From Piromyces finnis finn (taxonomy: Eukaryota > Fungi > Neocallimastigomycota): DNA of 64,000 nt. Both the position numbers and the translations under genes were made by a program. Below the pieces are notes generated by a model, which did no database searches, was not told the origin of the DNA, and was given only the letters and a program-made list of their open reading frames with translations. This document shows positions 25,264 to 35,000 of this stretch, in pieces (the first letter of the stretch is position 1; every line of letters starts with the position of its first letter). Where the stretch lies: the NCBI GenBank assembly GCA_002104945.1, contig MCFH01000016.1:496001-560000 (forward strand). Direction: 5' to 3'.

Positions 25264-26544
25264 TATTTTATTATTTAATTTTATAATTATTATTATTTTT
25301 TTTTTAGAGTTTTTATATTAAATTGTGAAATATTTACAATATTAGAATTATTTATATTAATTTATTAAAAATGATATTTTTAATAACAATTTCAATAATG
25401 ATAACAAAAAAGTAATGATTATTGTAAAGTAATAATAAATTTGAATTAAAATATTATTAAAATAAAATTTCAAGAATTGCTATTTATTTATTTTTTATTT
25501 AATTAAAAATAATTAAAATTAAATAAAATAAATAAAATTTTTAGAAATATAAATAATTTTATATTTTTAAAAATGTATTAATTTATAATTCTTTCTTTTT
25601 TTTAAATATAATATTAAAGCATAAGTGGTTACACAAGTTGTCAATAAAGTTTTTAAAAATTTTTTATCTTCTGTCGTGACTAGTTGACAAGGGTAGAGCC
25701 ACTTATTAAATGATGATGACAGATGGCAATAAACAACAATAAAACTTCAGTTACATATATATATGTAAATACATCATTAAATATTGTGATTTTGTGAAAA
25801 AACAAATGATTAAAATAAAAAATTTATTAATATTCAATTAAAATAAGTATTTTATAATGATACAAATTATATATACATTTATAAAAAATTGAGAATCACC
25901 AATCAACTTTATTTGATCAATTATCAAAAAAAATAATTTTATTTTTTTTTTTTTTTATAAAAAAATGTCACGATTTTATACATACTATTTTATTTATTAG
26001 TGTTGAAAACTTAAAATATTCTTAATTTAAAAATAAACAAACAAATAAACTAAAAGTTATACATTGACTTCTATTTTATTATTTAATTTAAACCAATTAA
26101 ATTTATTTATTAATTTAGAATATTATAAAATTTGATATGCATTTTTTTTTGAAATTAATTATATTATATAAATGAATATCTTAATAAATTATATTTAAAA
26201 AATAAATGTATAAATTAAACAAATAAATAAAAATAATAAATAATTATTATGTATAAATAAATAATAAATATTATCATGTTTATTATATTTTATGTGTTTA
26301 TTATTCAAATATAAAATTAATAATAATAATAATAATATTAATAATGATGATTTTTTTCTTTTTTTTCTTTTTTTTGATTTTTTTTTTAAAATGAAATAAT
26401 AACAAAAAAAAGTATTGCTATTCCTTTTTGTTCATTCTGGATCGAAAAGAGGATGTTTAAATGTTTTAACAAATTTACATATAAAATTAATTGACTTTAA
26501 TTCGTTTTCTAAATAATCATAGAAGCCAATTATATACCCAATTA

Positions 26545-28742
26545 TTAGTTGTTGTTGTTGTTGTTGTACTTCTTCTTATTTTGGTTTGATTGTGGTTTAT
26601 CAATAGTATTTATGATATCACTGCTTCTGACCATTAATTCGTAGGCATTATCTAATATGGATTGATAAGTAGAGGTTGTTTGTCCACCCATAATAATCTT
26701 ATTCTATATTATATAATTAAATAAAATTTGTTAAAATCGTTTTTAAAAATATATTTAACAATTATAAAAAACATTAGTATTTACGAATTTAATATCAATC
26801 TTAGCATCTAAACGAGCGCTTCTGATTAAGTTAGCTATCCACTTTTCACCAGAATCCTTTTCAAGGTTTAACATTTCAGACATTTTACTATTAAAAATTA
26901 ATATTAAAAATATTTTAGTCTTTTTTCTTCTTTATTTAACATAATTTTAATAGATATTACTTTATATCAATGTTTTGGTGGATCTTGCAGTAAGTTTCGA
27001 ATATAATTAATCTTCCAGCTTCAATGAAATCTTCCTTAGTAGCAACTAAGAAGAAATCGTTGAATAAAACCTTTTATTATTTAATTTAATACAATAATTT
27101 TTTTAATAAAATTATTATAATGTTTAAATTATTAATTAACAATAATAAAACTTACATCTTCACATTCCTTTAACTTATCCTTAGCACCGTTAAAATCGAA
27201 TTTAACATAAAGACATTCAATAAATTCAGTAATTGGATCACTGTAAGAAGCAGATTCCTTTTAAAAAATACCATTAATATATATCCATTAGATGCTTACT
27301 TTTACTTTATATTAAATTTTTATTTCAATTTCCTATTATAAAAATTTACTTACTTGTTGAATAACCTTAACTAATTCATCAATGTTATTCTTTCTCTTTT
27401 TACTAGTAATAACAGCAGCTGTTAAGTAACGTAAAATCCATGGACAAGCAATTTGAATGGTGTTAAAGTATCTTTATTATTTTATAAAATATATATAATA
27501 TTATTATTTTAATTTACTTCTACATTTAATGCTTTAAGTACAATACCACATATACTATTTTTATTTTACTTACTGTGGTTGGAAGAACATATCAATTATT
27601 AAGTTACGTCCATTTGGATGGTTAAAGAAAACGAATAAACTCCAATGAATTAACCAAGTACGTTGTTGTAATTGTTGAAGATGAGATGGGAAAGTCTATT
27701 TTTTTTAGTAAAGGTATTAATATACATGTATTTAATAAATAACATTTTAGTTATATATTACCTTTTGATCTATAGCTTCCTTAAGTTTGTTTAAATCTTC
27801 TAAAGCAGTTTCCCAATTAGTAGTTAAAATTTCAGAAGCTAACTTACCCCAAAGAGCTTGTAAGTTTAATTTTTCATCAGTGGACTAAAAATTTTTGTTT
27901 AAGGTTAGAAAATTAACATTCAATTGAAATTAAAATAAATATAAACTACTTACTAAAATTCTAAAGTGATATAACATTTCAGCAGCACCACTGTAATTAC
28001 CACAGTTGTATTGGAACTTTGCAAATTCATATAAGTTTTGTAACATTTCTGGCTTAAACTATTTCATTATAATTTAATATAATATATATTAATTTTCCTT
28101 ATATTTATTTATTTTATTTAATATAATGAAGTATATACATTGTAGTTAGCCTTTAAGAATTGAATGTTTTGAAGCTTATCTTGCTTTAATTGTTGAATAA
28201 CATTTGGATCTTGAATAATGTTCATTATATCAGAACTTTCATCACGAAGTTCTTCCAATCTAGCTAATACTTGATTACGTCTTTCTTCATAGACTATTGT
28301 GATTTTTATTATATATATATTTTATATTTATAATATTAATATTACATATAACTTTACTCGAAATAAAATTGTTTCTTATATTTTTATATATATTACCTGG
28401 TGAACATTGTTCATCAGGATGAATTTCACAATAAATTTCATTAGCATAATCAACCATATTAGTTTGAGCTAATAAATCATAATGAGCTTGAACTAATTCA
28501 TCTGATGGGTAAATCTTTTTATTATTATTATTTTATTTGAATTAAAATAAACAAAACGATTATTATTTAATATATATTTTATAATATTATTTATTATTAT
28601 TTAATTTTTATACAATATAATTATTTATTTTAAAATTTAAAAATATATATACCTCATGGTGACTTAAGAATTCCAATAATGGAAAAATCATGTGTCTATC
28701 CATGTATTTACCAATCTTGTTGGTTAAATCGTATTGAGCCAT
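26545..28742 (-). CDS. EIF3E: Eukaryotic translation initiation factor 3 subunit E (INT6), multi-exon
   Basis: First exon reads [26 protein letters not shown], matching the eIF3e N-terminus. Internal exons give [40 protein letters not shown] and [16 protein letters not shown]. Stop at 26545-26547. Confidence 0.92.
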
Positions 28743-29493
28743 TTTGAATTAATTCTATGAAATTAAAATTACATATATATTTATTAATATATTATATTCG
28801 ATGTAAATTTTTAATTTTGGGGAAAAAATAATAAAATATATATGATATTATGATATTATGATATGATTTTTATATTTATCGTTGTGTAATATTTAACATT
28901 TAATATTTAACATAGTATAATATCGTTTAATTTATTATTATCATGGTGTATATTATTTATTTATTTTTACTGAATTTTAATTTATTATGGATTTGTGATT
29001 TTTTTTTTTTTTTTTTTTTTTTAATGATTTGATGTTTATAAATCAATCGAATCGATATTAAGTATTATTTGCAGCTATCAGCTTTAATTCAATCGTTCAT
29101 TGTCATATTACTATACATCAATTTATTATTTTAATAATTATATTAATCTTACAATATTATAGGTATTTAAATTACCTTATAAAATACTAATAAAATTGTA
29201 ATAAGTATTAGATAATAATACTAATAACACCCTAAGCAGTATTTTAACTTGTAAAATTTTTGGTGCTTTATTAGTATATTATTACTGTACAATAATGTGT
29301 AAACCACAAAATTATTTCTGAGGCTTCTTGAATAATTATATTTGATTGGCTTAAAAGTGTTTTTCCAATCAAACCTCAAATTATTTTAATTTGAATAATG
29401 TACTATCTAAAAAACTTCATCACTGAACTCTATTTTAATCTCTCTTTTTTAAAGCTTCAACTTGATATAATAGTCTAAGAAGCAATTGTTAAA

Positions 29494-30387
29494 ATGGTAT
29501 GTTTTTAAAAATAATGAATGGTTTAATAAATGGTTTAAAAATGAATGTTTTGTTTAATTATGAAATATGTGTTTGAATTATTTTTTTTAATAAGACATGT
29601 GTGAATTATTAATGATGGATGAATGAATAGTTATTAATGATATTTATTATTAATAATAAATAAAATTATGGTAATTAGGGTATCGACATCCAAAAGAAAC
29701 ACGTTAAGAACAGTAATAGAACTGCCCCAAAAAGTAATGATGTTTACTTATTACTTTTAGTCAAGGTAAATTTAGATATAAAATAGTATATATGATATCA
29801 TTATCAAAGCTCCGTTATTAAATGCCATAATAAAATAATTGTAGCTCTACCGTTTCCTTGCTCGTCGTACTGACGCTGCTTTCAACAAGGTTGTTCTTAA
29901 GAGACTCTTCATGTCCAGAATTAACAAGCCACCAATGACCCTTTCCAACATTGCTAAGAACATGGCTAACAAGGAAGGTAAGATTGCCGTTGTTGTCGGT
30001 ACCGTTACTGATGACACCCGTATGTTCGAAGTTCCAAAGTTAACTGTCTGTGCTTTAAGATTCACTAAGACCGCTCGTGCCAAGATCTTAAAGGCTGGTG
30101 GTGAAGTTTTAACTTTCGATCAATTAGCCCTTCGTGCCCCAACTGGTACCAACTGTGTTCTTCTTAGAGGTAAGAAGAGTCACCGTGAAGCCGTTAAGCA
30201 CTTTGGTAAGGCTCCAGGTGTTCCAAAGAGTGATACCAAGCCATACGTCCGCTCTAAGGGTCGTAAGTTCGAAAAGGCTAGAGGACGTAGAAGTAAGTGT
30301 TAAATTAAATTAAAAACATTTTAAAAAAATTTTTATTAATATAAAATTTTATTATTAAAAATAGGTTCCAGAGCTTTCAGAGTTTAA
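29494..30387 (+). CDS. RPL18: 60S ribosomal protein L18 (eL18); exons 29494-29496, 29679-29765, 29846-30292, 30365-30387
   Basis: Spliced product [39 protein letters not shown]...[16 protein letters not shown]. Canonical GT-AG introns and ribosomal-protein codon bias. Confidence 0.97.
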
Positions 30388-31122
30388 GCGAATTTATAAA
30401 CTAAATAATGGAATATTAAACTCAAAATACTCATTTAATAAAAGATATAAAAACAAATTTATTATGGGTTTTTTGTCTTATTAATTTTACGATTGTCGAG
30501 TTAAAATTCATGGTGTTATAAATGATTAAAACGAGAAAGAAATGAAGAAGTAAAATAATGTTGAATATTCAAATTTATTAGTAAAATAATAATAATACGA
30601 AGTTAAATATAAGTGTTCAAAGGAATTAAAATTAATGGATAATTAACGGAATAAAATAATATTAAGGAAACGGTATAAACAATGGATATATTAAATTAAT
30701 AAGGAAAATAGGTTTTAAAGTTAATAAGTATATTCACATTAATAAGTATTAATATTAAGATATTAAGTAGTATGATTAATAAATTTATTTTTTTCAAGTT
30801 CTATATTAATATTTGTACGACTTAAAAATTTAATTGATTTTTAAGTGACCTGAGTGAAAGTTTTATAATATGTAAAGGCAAATATAATTTTTTAATTATC
30901 TAAAATTTAGTATTTATAAAATTAATAATTATTGAATTATATTTTCCGAGGTTTTTAATGAGTAAAAATTCCAGTTTTTAATATGGTTTATAAATATTTA
31001 AAATGTTTAATTGGAATTAAAAAATACAATCATATTTTATGTCTTTTCGAAAATTGATTTTGTTTATTAGTCCGCCGTTTTGGGAATTAAAAATACAATT
31101 AAGAATTACTTTTAGAATATTA

Positions 31123-31369
31123 CCCTCTTGGGAACGTGCCTTCATTTATTTAATAAATGTAGTTTCTCAAGGGGGTCTACTCATGCTCATGGTACTGAGA
31201 GAGTAGAAAGAATTAAATCCAAGTATTGCGCAATGGATGCTTGGTGCCCTCTTAGGAATGTGCCTTCATTTATTTAATAAATGTAATTTCTCAAGGGGGT
31301 CTACTCATGCTCATGGTACTGAGAGAGTAGAAAGAATTAAATCCAAGCATTGCGCAATGGATGCTTGGT
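31123..31369 (+). repeat. Two tandem 124-bp monomers at the LINE 5' end
   Basis: Units start at 31123 and 31247 and differ at 4 positions. Confidence 0.95.
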
Positions 31370-32014
31370 TAGTCTTCAAGGGAAAATTATTAGGACTAAG
31401 CTCATGGTACTGAGCGATTAAAAAACATTTTATTCATCAAATTTAAGTATTTGATGAATAAGTGAATGTTTGATTTTTCAGGTAAGTTTGTATAGTATTT
31501 AATTAGAAGAGTAATACATTTTGTTGCTGTATTTTTTCTTTTATTCATGTATTCATGTAGTACTACTCTTCTCTTGTAAGAATCCAATGTAGTCAACTTT
31601 AGCATTTGCATTGTACTTTTATATTCATGTAGCTATTGTTGTATTGTTTCTTGTAAGAGACTGATTCACTCTACATCATGTAAAAATACTATTCACAAGC
31701 TTTCTGGTGTCGACATTCTTGATTCAAATTTTTTACCAATTTAAATATTTAATGAAAAGTAAAGTCAAACAAGTTTAGTGTCAAAAAGCGAATCGAATTT
31801 ACTAACAACAAACCAAAACTAGAATTTTTAAAGAAAATTTACAACTAGAATTCAAAAAAAAAGAAACTTTAAACAAAGCATCGTAACAATTTTTGTACTA
31901 TCCAGTACTTTTAAGAAGAGAGAGAGAGACAGATTTTTTTCCATATACGTTATATTTGTAATTTTTATTAGTATTTATTTTATATTCAATATTTTTTAAT
32001 TAGAATTAATTATC

Positions 32015-35000
32015 ATGTCAGTCCTTTATATTAAAGATAAGAATTATATCAGACGTGGTACCCGGTCTTATGGTATCCCCTTAGATGATATTCGCTCCTT
32101 CTTTATCCGTGGTATTCGATCATGGTCAGTAAATATGCTATGGGAAAAACTCGAGGTTATTCTAGAAGATAAATTTAATTCAGTTATTAGTGTTAAATAT
32201 TTTCAAACTTTCAATGATCACTTTTTCTTAGTCAAGGTTCATGGTTCATCAAAAGATTGTATTAAAATCTTACACATGTTAAAGAAGAAACTTTCAGTTA
32301 CCTCAATTTCCTTTTCAGCTCGTAGTAGAAGGAATCACAAATACACTTTTTCCACTCTCAAACGTAAAATTTTAGTTTCTAATAAATATCAACATTCTAT
32401 TCAACAATCATTTCAACAATCAGTTCAACAATCAGTTCAACAATCTCATCAACAATCCGATCTTCAACAAGATCTTCAACAGGATCTTCAACAAGTTTCC
32501 CATCATGAAAATATTCCAGATCTACAGCAAACACAATTTCAATCTCAACATTCAACAATTAATTCTAATAGTTCTATCAACTCTGATAACAGTTCAATAG
32601 TTGATAGTTCTTCAGTTTCACAGCCATCTAGTAATAGTTCTACTTATTCCTCTGATGCATCATCCATTAATAACGATGACTTTAATAATAATAATAATAG
32701 CAACGATTCTTCCTCATACAACAAGCCTGATAACTTTTCTTTTTGTCTTAGTTGGAACACCAATGGGTGGAATCATGAAAAGAGAGATAGTATTAGCTAT
32801 TTCACAGCTATTTTCAAACCATTATTCTTATGTTTCCAAGAAACTGGTAATGGTTCTAGATTGAATACAGATTATCCTTGTCGTGTTACTTTGCGAAACT
32901 ATAGACACTTTTTCAAGAAAGCTGACGAATCAGTTCCGGGAATGAGAGGTTTATATTTAGGTTTTCACAATTCGTGTCAAGCCTCACTTGAAAACTTCTC
33001 TGGAAAGTATATTATTTCTATTTATACTTTTAGTCTCTGGAATAGATTCAAATGCTCGATTGGAAATGTTTATATGCCTCATAGTCATCACAACATCTAT
33101 GTTGATCATGCAAAGTTAGAAGTTCGCTTGTGGTTACAAACTCATTCATCCCATCCATCGATTCTTGTTGGTGATTTTAATATGTCTAAAGTAAAATTAT
33201 CCAACTGGTTATCAACTAATGGATTAGGAGATTGGGAAATTCTTCCGCTTAGAGGGTCTACTATCTCTTGGACTCGAGGTGATCAATCTTCCGACATTGA
33301 CCATGCTCTTATCAATTCGAAGATGAAAGATCTTATTCACTCAGGATCATTTATAAATAATTTTTATCCTGTATCAGACCATAAGCCACTTCTTATTAAT
33401 GGTAAAATTATTCCTATGGATGATTTTTCTAATGACTTTAATGTTCCTAAGAAAATTCTGAAATGGAATAGATTAAAATGTATTGAGGAAAAGGAATCTA
33501 TTCTCAGTCATAATAAATTCCAAATACTTTCAGCAAAATCCAGCGATCCTAATGTTTCTACAGATGAACTTTCCAAAGAGTTTACTTCAACTGCTTTTTC
33601 AATTGCAGACGAGCTCAGTATTACTTCAGCAAATAATGTTATAAAGTCTTCATTTCATATTTCACAACAAATTTTTAATCTTCAAAAAATCAAAATGAAG
33701 TTGTATAAGAGATTTAAAAAAGAAAGAATTTATGATATAGATGAATTTATTAAAAGAATTAAAATCTACCGTAAACTCATTGATTACATCCACAAAAGAT
33801 GTAATGAATTTAGGAAGCAAGAATATCTTCATTGGATTAAAACAGGATGTGAGTATATGAAGAGTCATAATCCTAAGAAGGCCTGGAAATGGATCAAGAA
33901 AACTGCAAAAATTGGAAAAGATTCCTTCTTTATTGCTCAACCAATTAAAAATAAAAATGGAGAATTAGTTGTTGCTACGGAAGAACAACTAGATGTGTGG
34001 CATGATCATTTCGAAAAGCTTGCATCAGATCCAAGTGGTGTAAGTCTTGATTTGGAGCATTGGTATGAAGAACCAACGAATAAACGTTTTTCACTTCCTA
34101 TGCTTGATGAGTGGGATATCAACCAAGATATTAGTATTGATGAAGTCAAGTCAGCTATCCTCACTACTCCAAATTATAAAGCATCAGGTCCGGATGGTAT
34201 TCCAATTGAATTTTACAAAGCATTAGTTCCATCAAGTAATGATTCTAATAATGCTACAGATAATAATTCTTCTGGTAATACTACTTCAGATAATGATGCT
34301 CATGGTTTAAATTTTATTCTTAAATTATTCAACCGTATTTGGGATGGAGATTTCCCCAACTCATGGAATGAATCCAGTATTGTTTCTATTCCTAAGAAGG
34401 GAGATTTGACAGATTGTGATAACTATCGAGGTATATCACTTATCAATAATGGTATTAAGTTGATTTCCAAAATTGTCACCACTAGAATCTCAGAATATGG
34501 TTTAAAGAATAATTTCATTAGACCTGAACAATTTGGTTTTCGAAAAAAGGAAGAAAGTATTAGTCTTTTCATTTCAATCCAAGAAATATGCCGTAGACGT
34601 CAATTAGATAATAAAGAGACATATTTGGCCTTTTTAGATCTCAGGAAAGCATACGATTCAGTCCCAATCGGTAATATTCTCCATAAATTAGATTGTTTAG
34701 GAATCCGAGGTAAGAGTCTACAATTTATCAAAAATTTATATTTAACATCTAAGGCTAATGTCAAATTAGATGGACAATTCTCGAAATCTTTTGATGTGAA
34801 GAAAGGAGTCCGTCAAGGTTGCCCACTTTCGCCTATTCTTTTTAATCTCTTTATTAATGATATATTTAAAGAGTGTGAAGATCTCGGAGTCAGTTTAGGT
34901 GACACTCGATGCTGTGGTGGACTTTTTGCAGATGATATAGTTATTTGTGCTCCAACAAGAGGATGCTTAAAAAAGATGCTTAGAAGAGTTAATGAATGGG

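Noticed and set aside
25707-25800. Box C/D snoRNA starting at ATGATGA
   Set aside because: No downstream CTGA box D or terminal stem was found on the same strand.
31014-31100. Short direct repeat ggaattaaaaatacaat upstream of the LINE
   Set aside because: It lies outside the TSD, is AT-rich and short, and is likely a local duplication unrelated to the element.
31123-31369. Hammerhead, HDV-like or twister ribozyme call for the monomers
   Set aside because: GCCCUCU/AGGGGGU mimics an HDV P1 with a G.U pair, but no L3 consensus, P1.1 GG or catalytic C after P4 could be placed. CUGAGAG does not match CUGANGA and leaves no stem II. Kept only as an unclassified candidate.
31123-31415. CRISPR-like array (repeated palindromic units)
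   Set aside because: The units are contiguous with no unique spacers, the context is eukaryotic, and there are no cas genes.
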